A stretch of DNA of 52,522 bases. Source: Verrucomicrobiaceae bacterium. GTDB lineage: Bacteria; Verrucomicrobiota; Verrucomicrobiia; Verrucomicrobiales; Verrucomicrobiaceae. The position numbers and the translations under genes are program-made. The DNA lies in NCBI GenBank assembly GCA_031411715.1, contig JANOBP010000515.1, forward strand, positions 1 through 52,522, in the 5' to 3' direction. This document shows positions 1-12,900 of this stretch, one piece after another. Positions within the stretch are counted from its first letter, which is position 1, and the number at the start of each line of letters is the position of its first letter. The notes below the pieces were generated by a model. It was not told where the DNA came from and searched no databases. It worked only from the letters and a program-made list of their open reading frames with translations.

Positions 1-13
1 ACTCACCGCTTAA

Positions 14-1642
<1,629 letters not shown>

Positions 1643-1702
1643 TTTTTTGAACGTGCAGCGTGACCAACCACACGCCGCACCTCAAAAATCCAAAACCCCC
1701 AC

Positions 1703-1736
1703 GCGGCCCGGAAGGAAACTTCCGGGCTGCTTTTTG
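1703..1736 (+). terminator. Rho-independent terminator of groEL
   Basis: GCGGCCCGGAAG-GAAA-CTTCCGGGCTGC 12-bp stem (one G.U) with a GNRA loop, followed by TTTTTG, 60 nt after the groEL stop. Confidence 0.92.
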
Positions 1737-1821
1737 TACCTGAAGTTTCCCCTCATCCACCGAATGACAAAAGGGCCGACATCTGGCAGTCTAGCCGCGA
1801 ATTACCCATCGTTGCTCCGAT

Positions 1822-4800
1822 ATGAAAAGACCCTCACGACAGTTCCTTCTGCTTCTTCTCGTTATTGGCACGGTCTGGTTGATATGGAGGTCGGAGGAGG
1901 AGTACGTGGCAATCAAGCCGTCAGCGCCGCCCTCGCCGCATCATCCAGTCGCTGCTGCCATCCCCGTCATGCCGCAGCCAAGTGCCACAGCGTCTGTGCG
2001 GCCTTCAAGAGTCATCAGCAGTGCCTGGAAAAGTGAATCCGAGCCTGTGATGGCAGTCTTCGCCGATTGGTGTGCCCGCTACGATGCAGCAGGAATCAAA
2101 GAGAGGGATGCCATGCTGGCGGAAGGCATCAAACTCGCTCAACAACGCCGCGAAACACTCGTGAAGTGGATTCGCAGTGATCCCGAGCGTGCACTGGCCG
2201 CCGCTGTGCCTGAGATGATGCGGCGCAGACTTCCAGCAGAAATCGTCGCTTTGCTGGAGGAGCGCATTTCCGGCCGGGGTGAGCTCGCACGCATCGCCGC
2301 CGTGCCCGCTCCTGGTGAAAGAGTCACCGAGCCAGAGTTCCATAAGGCCTTAATTGGGCAGCGTGAGTTCCGTGCCTTTCCATATGGTCGTCGTGCCATG
2401 CTCAACACCCTTCCGTCGGTCAGCCTGCTCGGCATCGCTCTGGATGGCTCTATGGCCGTGAGTGATTCCCCTGTGCGCGTGTTGGAAACGGGCGAAACAG
2501 CTGCAGGAAGACCTGTGGAGGCTGTTTGCCCCATTTCAGGCATTACCACAGCCGTGGAGCCGGATGTCACACTCAATCTTGATCCTGCCGCACCGACCGC
2601 GTTGGAAGTAAACGGCCGCATTGAGGTGACATGCGAGTCTGCTCATGCGGAGCGCCTCGAGGCGCAACTGATCTCGGCGGAAGGAGATGGAAATGAAGTC
2701 CTGGCAGGCAACAACCTGCCCGGCACCAGTGGCGTGGTGGGCAGGCCCGCGCAGTCATGGACGCACGGAGCCAAGAAGCTCCTCATCATCCGCGTCGACT
2801 TCTCTGATCTGACCGGCACACCGCTCAACTCCCAGGCCAGCAACACACCCATCACCGAGGATCATGCCGTTAATGCCATCAACTCAGCCAATGGCGTACG
2901 TGACTTTTATGAGCAAGGCAGCTTTGGCAAAACCAGCCTCAGCATCGGCCCCACCGTCAGTGGAGACTCGCCAGATGTCACAGGGGTGCTGCGCATGCCT
3001 CAGACGGCCAGCCACTACGCCACGAACGACCTCTCCAGCCTGCTGCATAGTGATGCGCGTGCCGCAGCGGCCACCGCCGGCTTTTCAGTTGAGACTTATG
3101 ACCGCATTGGCGTCGTGTTTTCTCGGCTCACCGCACTCCCAGGCTCACGGATCACTTATGGCGGCCTCGGCAGCATCGAAGGAAGGAATTTTTGGGTGAA
3201 CGGGGCTTACAGCTTCTCCCTTTTGGCTCATGAGATCGGTCATAACTACGGCCTGCATCATGCCAATCTCTGGCGCGTCACGGATGGAGACCCCATCTCA
3301 CCCGCCGGCACTTCGGATGAATATGACGACACTTTCGACATCATGGGCAACGGCAGCAGCATTGATCACCACTTCAGCCATTGGAACAAGAGCCTCCTGC
3401 AATGGATCCCAGACAGCGGCGTGACCACCATCAGCACAGGCGGCACTTATCGCGTCTATCGCTTCGATCATGTCTCCGCCAACCTCAGCAATGCTCTTGC
3501 CTTGAAGATCGTTCGCAATCGCGAACAAGACTACTGGATCGGCCTGCGCCGAGCTACCACCAATGCTTCCCTGGACGGCGGCGCATACGTCATCTGGGGC
3601 TACAACAACAATCGTGAGGGTGACCTGCTCGACCTCACCGCGCCCGTCAACACCGTGGCCAGCGCCGCTCTCGCCACAGGTGCAACCTTCACGGATAACG
3701 TGGCGGGCATCACCCTACAGCCCATCACTCAAGGCGGCAGTGGCGCAGACGAATGGCTTGACGTCCAGGTCACACTCCAGCCACGCATCTCATGGGCTCT
3801 GGGCGAATTCATCGTCGATGAGCAGGGCGGCAGCGCCACGCTCACCCTCAACCGAGAAAGCAACGCCGCAGGCAGTGTCAGCGTCACCTACACCACCAGC
3901 AATGGCACCGCCACTGCCCCGGCCGACTATACCGCCAGCTCGAACACCGTCACATGGCCCAATGGGGATCTCACTCCCAAGACCTTCACCATCCCCATCA
4001 TCGCGGATGCACTGATTGAAGGCACCGAGAGCTTCACCGTCACTCTCAGCGGTCCCACCGGAGGCGCCGTGATCGTCAATAGCGCCAGCAGCACCGTCAC
4101 CATCGCAGACCCCGGCGCACGCGACACGACCTTCACGCCGCAGTTCGTCAACAGCTCGGTCGAGAAGGTGCTGCTGCTGCCAGATGGCAGCGCACTTCTC
4201 GGCGGCTATTTCAGCACCATCCAGGATGCTAGCTTCACCACCCACAGCCGTGGAGGCATCACCCGCATTAAATCAGATGGTAGTCATGACACCACCTTTG
4301 CCGTGGAAGGCGGCTTCGGCAGCTTTGATGGCAGTAAACACGTCGCCGACATCGCGCGGCAGCCAGATGGGAAATTCATCGTTGTGGGGGAATTCACCAC
4401 CTTTCATGGCCAAAGCCGCAACCGCATCGTGCGCTTGAATTCAGATGGCACGCTGGACTCAAGTTTCAATGTGGGCACTGGAGCCAACGGCGTAGTGTAT
4501 GCCGCCGTGGTGCGGCCCGATGGCAAAATCCTCATCGGTGGCGGTTTCACTGACTACAATGGCAGCGCACGTGAGTATCTGGCGCTGTTGAATGCGGATG
4601 GCACGCTGGATACCAGTTTCCTCGGTCCGAACTTTGCCGACGTCAGCGGTTGGCGTGTCGAATCACTCGCGCTGCAGGCAGATGGCAAGGCTCTGGTGGG
4701 GGGTAGCTTCTATTTCAGCGGCTCGCCCTTCAAGGCGAGTCTCTGCCGTGTGACGGACACGGGCGCTCTCGACGCCGCCTTCAATGGCGTGACCAATGGT

Positions 4801-6000
4801 GCCCATGCTTCTGGCTCCACTGGCAGCATCCGCTCAGTTTATGACATCAAGGTCGAGATGGATGGTGGCATCCTCATCGCCGGCAGCTTCACCGCGTTCA
4901 ACAACGTCAATCGCGGCGGCCTCGCACGCCTCACCAGCACAGGCGCTCTCGACGCCACCTTTACTCCCGTCACCGATGCCTCTTGCAACACGATCTTGAT
5001 CCAACCAGATGGTCGCCTCCTCATCGGTGGCGACTTCACCACTTTCAACGGCACCACGGTCAATCACCTCGTCCGTCTCAGCAGCGCTGGCGTCGTCGAG
5101 ACCAATTTCAGTGCCGCAGGTGGCTCAGATGGCAGCATCAACGCCTTCGCCCTTCAGCCTGATGGGAAAATCCTCCTCGGTGGCAGTTTTATGCATTTTC
5201 AGGGCTCCACCAGCGACAGGACCTACTGGCGCTTCTTCGGTGGTCTGCCAGGCATACCCGGCACCATTCAGTTCAACACTGAAACTGTCTCCGGCATTGA
5301 AGGCAGCACGGCCACACTCAACGTTGCCCGCAACGGTGGCAGCAGCGGCGTCATCTCCGTCGGTTACGCCACCGTCACTGGCACCGCAGGCAGCAGTGAC
5401 TTCACCAACACCACGGGCACGCTAACTTGGACGGATGGCGACACTGCCATCAAAACGATCACCGTTCCCATCACCGCAGACGGCACCGCTGAAGCCACGG
5501 AGAGCCTCTTGGTGCACCTCGGCCAGCCTTTGCGCAACAGCGCCCTGCTTGCAGGCGTGCAACGTGCCACCATCAACATCACCTCCGCCTTCGAATCCTG
5601 GCGCAGCAGCCAGTTCTCCCTCGCAGACCTTGCCGACAGCAACATCAGCGGAGACCAGGCTGATCCCGACAAAGACGGGATCGTTAACCTGCTCGAGTTC
5701 GCTCTCAATCTCCCGCCAAAAAACCCTTCCGCCTCGGGCGGTCCAGCCGTGACCACGCAAAACGTCAGTGGCTCTAATTACCTCACCCTCACCTTCCGCC
5801 GTCGCACGCCAACTCTCGATCTCACCTATCAAGCACAGACCAACGGCACACTTCCCGGCACCTGGCTCAGCAATGCCATCCAAGTCGGCTCTCCCATCAA
5901 CAACGGAGACGGTACCGAGACCGTCACCTTCCGGGATACCACGCCTCTCACCAGCGCCGCCATGCGCTTCCTCCGCCTGCAAGTCTCACGGGCACCGTGA
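1822..6000 (+). CDS. Large secreted metzincin metallopeptidase (M11/M6-like) with Calx-beta domains, delta-60 (DUF5122) propeller repeats and a verrucomicrobial C-terminal domain
   Basis: N-terminal hydrophobic anchor; HEIGHNYGLHH zinc motif and DTFDIMG Met-turn; two Calx-beta-like units (GTATAPADY..TVTWPNGDLTPKTFTIPIIAD..EGTESF; GTAGSSDF..TLTWTDGDTAIKTITVPITAD); repeated QPDGKILIGGxF...RLNSDGTLDxxF; C-terminal W..ADPDKDGIVNLLEFAL...RFLRLQV. Confidence 0.88.
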   Translation: MKRPSRQFLLLLLVIGTVWLIWRSEEEYVAIKPSAPPSPHHPVAAAIPVMPQPSATASVRPSRVISSAWKSESEPVMAVFADWCARYDAAGIKERDAMLAEGIKLAQQRRETLVKWIRSDPERALAAAVPEMMRRRLPAEIVALLEERISGRGELARIAAVPAPGERVTEPEFHKALIGQREFRAFPYGRRAMLNTLPSVSLLGIALDGSMAVSDSPVRVLETGETAAGRPVEAVCPISGITTAVEPDVTLNLDPAAPTALEVNGRIEVTCESAHAERLEAQLISAEGDGNEVLAGNNLPGTSGVVGRPAQSWTHGAKKLLIIRVDFSDLTGTPLNSQASNTPITEDHAVNAINSANGVRDFYEQGSFGKTSLSIGPTVSGDSPDVTGVLRMPQTASHYATNDLSSLLHSDARAAAATAGFSVETYDRIGVVFSRLTALPGSRITYGGLGSIEGRNFWVNGAYSFSLLAHEIGHNYGLHHANLWRVTDGDPISPAGTSDEYDDTFDIMGNGSSIDHHFSHWNKSLLQWIPDSGVTTISTGGTYRVYRFDHVSANLSNALALKIVRNREQDYWIGLRRATTNASLDGGAYVIWGYNNNREGDLLDLTAPVNTVASAALATGATFTDNVAGITLQPITQGGSGADEWLDVQVTLQPRISWALGEFIVDEQGGSATLTLNRESNAAGSVSVTYTTSNGTATAPADYTASSNTVTWPNGDLTPKTFTIPIIADALIEGTESFTVTLSGPTGGAVIVNSASSTVTIADPGARDTTFTPQFVNSSVEKVLLLPDGSALLGGYFSTIQDASFTTHSRGGITRIKSDGSHDTTFAVEGGFGSFDGSKHVADIARQPDGKFIVVGEFTTFHGQSRNRIVRLNSDGTLDSSFNVGTGANGVVYAAVVRPDGKILIGGGFTDYNGSAREYLALLNADGTLDTSFLGPNFADVSGWRVESLALQADGKALVGGSFYFSGSPFKASLCRVTDTGALDAAFNGVTNGAHASGSTGSIRSVYDIKVEMDGGILIAGSFTAFNNVNRGGLARLTSTGALDATFTPVTDASCNTILIQPDGRLLIGGDFTTFNGTTVNHLVRLSSAGVVETNFSAAGGSDGSINAFALQPDGKILLGGSFMHFQGSTSDRTYWRFFGGLPGIPGTIQFNTETVSGIEGSTATLNVARNGGSSGVISVGYATVTGTAGSSDFTNTTGTLTWTDGDTAIKTITVPITADGTAEATESLLVHLGQPLRNSALLAGVQRATINITSAFESWRSSQFSLADLADSNISGDQADPDKDGIVNLLEFALNLPPKNPSASGGPAVTTQNVSGSNYLTLTFRRRTPTLDLTYQAQTNGTLPGTWLSNAIQVGSPINNGDGTETVTFRDTTPLTSAAMRFLRLQVSRAP

Positions 6001-6003
6001 GGC

Positions 6004-6819
6004 TCACTCCTCCACCGTCACTTGCGTGCGGATCAGATAACCGGCCTCCTTCTTCTCCAGCCGGATCAGATTCTGTGCCGCCACAGCCTCCAGCAGCGTG
6101 CTGAAGGTGCGGAAGCCGTAGAAACGCTCATCAAACTGCGGCTGTAGGCGGCGGATGGCCTGCTTCACAGGTCCGGCCCACACCGTATCACTGCCGCTAC
6201 GGGCTAGAAGGGCTTCAATCGTCTCCAACACCAGTTGGATGGCCTTTTCAGGATCACCGCCGGCCTTTTTCTCTGGCGCGGCAGGCTTGGTGTTGGCAGG
6301 GCGCTTCGCCTGCACCGCACGTGCTTTGGATTTCTCCTCTTCACGCACCAAGTCGTCGTAAAAGATGAATTCGTCGCAGTTGCCGATGAACAGATTGCTC
6401 GTGCTCTGCTTCACGCCCACACCGATCACGATCTTGTTGTTCTCACGCAGCTTGCTCACCAGCGGGGAGAAATCCGAGTCACCGCTCACGATGGCAAAGG
6501 TATCCACGTGCCCCTTCATGTAGCAGAGGTCCAGCGCATCCACCACCATGCGGATGTCCGCCGAGTTCTTCCCGCTCTGGCTCACATGCGGGATGTCGAT
6601 CATCTCAAACGCCGCCTCATGCATCGTGGCCTTGAATCCCTTGTAGCGCTCCCAGTCACAGTACGCCTTCTTCACCACGATGCTGCCCTTCAGCAGCAGC
6701 CGCTCCAGCACCTTGGTCATGTCAAACTTGTCATACTTCGCCTCCCGCACGCCGATGGCGAGGTTTTCAAAGTCACAGAAAACAGCAATCGTGTGCGCGC
6801 GGTCATTGGGGGCAGCCAT
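6004..6819 (-). CDS. NYN domain (LabA/DUF88, PIN-like) protein with C-terminal OST-HTH/LOTUS domain
   Basis: AVFCDFENL, KAYCDW, GKNSADIRMVVDALD, IVSGDSDFSPLV, CDEFIFYD; C-terminal PQFDERFYGFRTFSTLL is typical of OST-HTH. Confidence 0.93.
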   Translation of the reverse strand: MAAPNDRAHTIAVFCDFENLAIGVREAKYDKFDMTKVLERLLLKGSIVVKKAYCDWERYKGFKATMHEAAFEMIDIPHVSQSGKNSADIRMVVDALDLCYMKGHVDTFAIVSGDSDFSPLVSKLRENNKIVIGVGVKQSTSNLFIGNCDEFIFYDDLVREEEKSKARAVQAKRPANTKPAAPEKKAGGDPEKAIQLVLETIEALLARSGSDTVWAGPVKQAIRRLQPQFDERFYGFRTFSTLLEAVAAQNLIRLEKKEAGYLIRTQVTVEE

Positions 6820-6914
6820 GCCGCATCGTCCGCGCTGAGCCGCCCCAGGTCAACCCACGTTACGGGTCGTTCATGTGGCTAATTCTTTTTAGAATCGGAG
6901 AACGATGGCGTTGC

Positions 6915-9900
6915 CTATGGCGAGGTGACTCTCACCCGCATGAACCGGGAGTCGGCTGCGCCTTGGTTCACGATGTCGTGGAAGCGCACGACGCGGAGAC
7001 TGTTGATTGGCGCATCCTGGATGACGGTGCCCGTGCCGGTCCAGGCCGTGGCCGAGGTCCGGGTCGCGATGGGGGTCCAGGTACTGAGAGATTCACTGTT
7101 GGCCGCTTCGATGATGTAGGTGATGCCACCGGGCAGCGGGTCTGGAAGTGTGAGGGTGAGAATGAGGTGATCGGTGGGGCCGGTGCCGCTCATGCCGTTG
7201 CTCTGAACATCAGCCAGGGTGACGCCAGCGGCTAGGGGATCGAGTCCAAGAGCAAAACCGAGCAGGTTGTTGATGCCATCTTTATTGGGGTCGGCTTCCG
7301 GGCCGCTGATGAGTGGATCGGCGAGCTGGGTCGAGTTGAACTTGCTGGTCTGCCAGGAGTTGAAGGTGGCTGCGTCAGGGGTCCAGACGACCTGGTCCAC
7401 CCATGCCAAATCTAGTCCGCCATCGAAGATGTTGTCCTTCATGTAGCGCCAGCGCAGGGTTTGGGTGCCGGCGGGGATGGTGTAAGTCTTCAACTGCCAG
7501 TCCACATTGCCGCTGATTCGTCCAGTTTGCAGTGCGCTGTTGCGGTAGAACTCCAGATAGTCATAACCGCTCTCCGAGGACACCTTCCACCAGTAGGTCA
7601 AGGTGCCAGGGCCGGTGACGGTGGTCTCCATCCACGATTGCTGGCTGTTGCCGATGTCTCCGCTGACAGCCGCGTCCACACCATCGTGGGAAGGAGTTGG
7701 TCCGATGCCTCTCCACACCGCGTTGCCGCCGGTGGTTAAGGTGAGGGAAGTGTCCAGCGCCTCGGGTAGCGCCACGGTGATTGGCGGCACGACAGTGGTG
7801 AAGGAGTCCAGCCAGGCCTTGTTCTGGCCGCCGCCGCCAGTGCTGTCACGCGCATAGGTCCAGCGCAGGGTGTGCTGCCCGGCTCCCACGGTGTGCGTCA
7901 CCTGGATCCAGTCCTGCTCCCAGCTGATGCTGGTGCCCACCTGGGTGCCGTTCACGGTGAAGGAGAGCGTGTCGTATTGATATTCGGCGGAGATCTTCCA
8001 CCAGAATTTCACTTCGAGAGGGCCGGTGACGACGGTTTCGACCCAGGAACTTTGATTGTCGCCGATCGAGCCGGAGGCGGCGGCATCCACGCCGTCACGG
8101 TTGGGGGATGGAGCCAAAAAGCCGGACCATGGGAGATCTCCGCCAGTAGTCCAGGTGCGGCCGGGTGTGTCCAGCGCCACGTCCAGTGTGGTAGGCTGCA
8201 GCACGGTCAGCACGGCGGTGCGTGAGGTGGCGCTGCCGAGACTATTGGTCACGATGCAACTGTATCTGCCCGCGTTGGCGGACTGGACGTTTGTTAGCAC
8301 CAGCGCGTCGCCAGTGGCTCCCGAGATATTTTGCGGCACGCCCAGGCCGTCTTCTTTGCGCCATTGATAGGTGCCAGCGCTTCCGCGGTTGATCACTTTG
8401 AGCTCCACCGTCACGCCGCTCGCGACCGTGCGGCTGCCTGGCAGTGCTGAGTCCAGGGTCACCGGGATTGCGACGTTGGCGGGATTGTCATAGATCAGCA
8501 CGCGCTGCTCTCCACTGGGGGAGAGACTGTAGCCCGACGAATGAAGCGCTGCCAGCCTGTTGTCTGGCAGCAAAGTCGTGAGGCTCACGCCCCAGGGGTC
8601 GGTCTGGTTCATGTAGAACTGCAAGTCACCCGTGTTGCTGATCTTGCCGTAAATGGACTGCGCCATCGAGTTCCCGAGAGAGAACCAGCCAAAAAACAGC
8701 ACATCTCCGGCTGGCGTCACATTGAGGAGGCTCAGACCATCCGTGCCATACACGGAGGTGTCCGTTTTGGCGATGGCCCGCGTCCACAGCAGATCACCCG
8801 ACAAGGAAAAGCGCAGCACCAGCGGGTGCGCGTCAGGATACTCCGATTGGAGGCTTGCGGGTGCGCTGTGTGACACGGTGACGCCCTGGCTGCCCACATG
8901 GAAGCGGTAGTCTCCGCCCGTGGGGCCGCTGTAGGGGTCGATGTACACACTCCGTTCCGGGCCAAAGCGCCGCCAAACTTGGTTGAGAGACGAATCATAC
9001 TTCGTCACGCAGCAGCGGCCGTCATCGTTCCCCAGTTCGAAGGTGCTCAGTACATACACATTTCCAGCGGCATCCGTGGAAAGAGCCTCCCAGTATTGCG
9101 GAGCAACGCACAGGCTGGTTTCCAGCGTGGCGAGGATCGATCCATCGCTGCCGATCTTGCGCAGCACCTGGCGCGAGTAGCCAGCCCCTTCGGTGCCATC
9201 GCGTGTGATCACATACGTGTTGCCGGAGGCGTCGCTGGTGGAATACAGCGGCGCGCTCAGCTCATACGGACTGCCTTGGCTCCCCAGACGCGTGTAGGCC
9301 TGCGCCACGCCAGTAGGGGACACACGCGCTACGACGGTGTTCTGATAGTAGATGCTTGGGTGGTAACTGCTCGTGTTGTCGATCACCACGCTGACTGCGC
9401 CGTCGGCATGCAGCTCGATGGCGCTCACCTGGCAGCGATCCAGCCAGCCGCTAGGCGGGAGCAACGGCCCCATCTCCGGCAGAACCCGGCGCCAGACGAG
9501 ATTCCCGTCCGCGTCGAATTTGACCAGCATGACGTGCGACAGGTAGTAGAAGGAAGGGCTATTGTAGGAAGTGTACTGCAAGAGGTTGAACGCCGCGTAG
9601 GTGTTGCCAGCAGCGTCGGTCTTGGCCTTGGCGATTTCAGCGCGGTAGATGCCCGCTTCATAGTTCGATATCTGAATGGCCGGCCCGCCGGGTGACCATT
9701 GCTCATAGTAGTTGATGGTGGGGCCGCTCGTCTCAGAGTAAGTGGTCCGCTGCCGCCGCCATGCACCCTCACCGATGCGCTGGATCACGCCGTGGGTAAT
9801 GTCCCGGGTGTTACCGTTTCCGTAAAACACCCTCTCGGTCAGACCATTGGTCACAAAATAGCGCCCCTGGCTGTCGGCGGTGAAGGACACCGGATACACA

Positions 9901-12900
9901 TTCCCGCCGTTGCCGGGCTGGCCGGCCAGCCAGGGCGTGGTGTTATGCACCTGCGTGGTGCCCAGTCCGCTTGTGATCGGCGCTGTTTGCTTCGGTTGCA
10001 CACGGGCCAGCAAGTCCTGCGGAGCCAGCCAGACGGGATTGTAGTTGATCACGAGGTTCGCGCTGCGCTGGGTTTGATTGCCTGCCAAGTCCCGTGCGAT
10101 GGCGATCAGCTCATAATTGCCGTTCTGCATGCCCCAGAAGTAGCGGTTCAGGCAGGGGAAGCTCTTTTGAAGCGCCCAGGCCTCCGATTGCGGTCCCGCA
10201 TAGACGCCCGGCATGATCGCTTGGGTCGTGTTGGTGGTCCACATCGACCCCGTCCAGTAGTAGTTGTCTGACAACCGCTTCACAAACAGCGTCACCTGCG
10301 GCTGCCCGGAGCTGTCCGTGGCCGTTCCATTAAAGCTCGACGCCAGCAATGGCGACTGCGTGATCACCGCGTTATTGAGCGGGGAAACGATGACGCAGGT
10401 CGGCGGCGTCGTGTCCACGCGGAAGAGGATCTGGTTGTTACCTGCCAGTCCGCCCGCGACGGGGAGAGAAATGTTGCCATTTCGGTCCATCACCGAGGCG
10501 CTCAGCGCATACTGCGTCTCACCCGGCGGAAGGCTGGCACCGGGTATCGTGCCGGGATACGTCCAGGTGCCGTCCGGCTGGATCGGCACCTCCAGCGCCA
10601 CGGAGGATGCCTGCCACCCGCTGCCGTTCCAAAAGCCCGCGCTGCTCGACAGCGTCAAGTTCACGCGGTCCTGGCTGAAACCGGTGCCGGAGTAGTCCGT
10701 CGCCGTACCGCCGATGCTCCAGCCTTGTTTGACAAAGCCATTGTGAGCGGGCGTGGTGATGCTCACGCGCGGCGGTGCCGTGGCGATGTAAAACGTCTCC
10801 TCGAGATAGCGAGTGCCTTGTGGACTTTCACGATTGTGTGCAGTGACCGCCACTTTGTAGGTTCCATCCGGCAGCTCCGCCGCTCCTGCGGGCAGCCGAT
10901 AGCCCAGCCCTGGTGCCTCCCAGCTGTAATCGGCCTCGTCGTACTCGACATCCAGATGGCCGGGGGTGGTTGACCACTCCTCACCGTTCCAATACTGGAA
11001 GGAGTTTGGCGCGCCGCCCATTCCCGGCACAAAGCGCATGAGATACAACTCCACCCCTTGCACCTGGCTTTCCCCATCCGTGGCCGCGCCGGTGAGCGCC
11101 GGCATCGCATGCTCGGCATAGCGGGCACCATGGAATGAAGGAAAGAACGCCACATCCGGCTCCGTCGTGTCCAAGGCTGTGAGGAGGTATGTCGGGCTGG
11201 TGACGGTGAATTCATTCGTCGCCGCATCCTTGGCAGTGATAGTGACCTCAAATTTAATGCGCTCACGCAGCGCCTTGCGCGGTGGTAGAACACCCTCCTT
11301 GGGAGCCCAGCGCCCTGCTTCGATCGATACTCCCAGTTTACCATCGTTCACAGATGGCACCCAGTCCGCGCCATTCCAATACACAACGTCACCGCCCGCC
11401 GCATTCGTCCCCTTGATGGTCATAAACACATCCGGCTCGGGATCCCCCGCCTCCGTGAAGGTTCCTCCTAGGTTCGCTGTGCCAAAATCAAATATCACGG
11501 CTCCTCCCCCGGCCACAGGATCAATCGTGGCTGCCGGAGCCACGCTGTCGATGGTGAACGTGGCCAACTGCTCCGCCCACGGGGACCAGTTGCCCTCCAT
11601 GTCACACGCGCGCACCTGCACCACATAAGTCGCGTTCGGCATGGTTGTGGGCAGGTCACCAGAGGCGAAGAGCTGCCACTCCCCTGGCAGAGGCGCGCCC
11701 CCTGGAACACCGATGGTGCGGATATGCGTGCTCTCATTCAGCTGTCCTGGCGGATCGAACTCCCCAGGCACCCACTTCCACCATCTTCCGTTGGAACTCA
11801 TGACGATCTGCACCGCGCTCACCCCGATGCCATAAGGATCAGCTGTCGTCCCTCGGATTCCATTCAGATACGTCGCGCCAAAACCGAACGCTCCTGAGAA
11901 GTGCTGGTGCACCGTGTCGGACGGGTTCGTGATTCGAATTTCCGGCGGCCGGTTGTCGCCCGCGTTGGTCACGATGAAATCCTGCACCATCGGGCTTGTC
12001 GTGCCCGTGTAGATCGGCGTATCCGCCAGCAGGAAGGTGTAGCCCGCCTTCGTCGCCTTCACCCGGTAGTTGCCCACCGGCACGCCCTTGAAGGCATACT
12101 CGCCGTTGATGTCTGTGAACACCACCCGCTCGCCCGTTTCTGTCAGCAGATTGGTGAAATGCGTTTCATCCGTGCCGTTGCCGATCAATTCCACCTTCAC
12201 CCCTGGAAAGACCCAGCCGCTATTCAGCCTCACCTTCCCCTTCACCGTGATCGACGGGCCATACACCTCCTGGATCGTCTCCCGGTCCCCCGCGCTGAAG
12301 AAAGCCGTGATGTTTCCCACCGGAGTCCCGAGGTCACCTATGAATTGGTAGTTCGGCGTCGTTCCCATGGTGCCCGTCTTCAACTCGTTCGGCGGCTTCG
12401 CCCACATTGTCAGGTGATCCTTCGACAGCCACGGCAGTTTGAAGGCCAGCCGGTCATAATGCATCATCGAATCGTAGTCATAGTCTGTGTGGAGCGTCGC
12501 CTGCGCGATGTCGAAATTGATGTTGGTCGTCGGGATCGCGTTCCATAAGTTCAGTTCCACATAGGTGTTGCGGTCACTCCGGCACTGCTCGTGGATGAAG
12601 CCCAGCATATGCCCCATCTCATGCGCCAAGATGGAGCCCTTCCAGTTATGGATCGACATCGGTTGCATCAGCGCGTTGGGAAAACCGATGTTTCCGGACC
12701 GCCCGATCCAGGCGTAATTAACGTCCTTGACGATCTCAAAGAACCTGAGGTCGTTTGTCTGCACTTCGACAAAATTGCCATCCGGTGACTGGTGGAAGCC
12801 TGATTGCGTCGTCGGCACAAACTTCAGGTTGCCAAACTGCTGCCACGCCCGCGCCGCCAACCGGAAGACATCCCGCTTCTCTTCCGACACATCATCCTTG

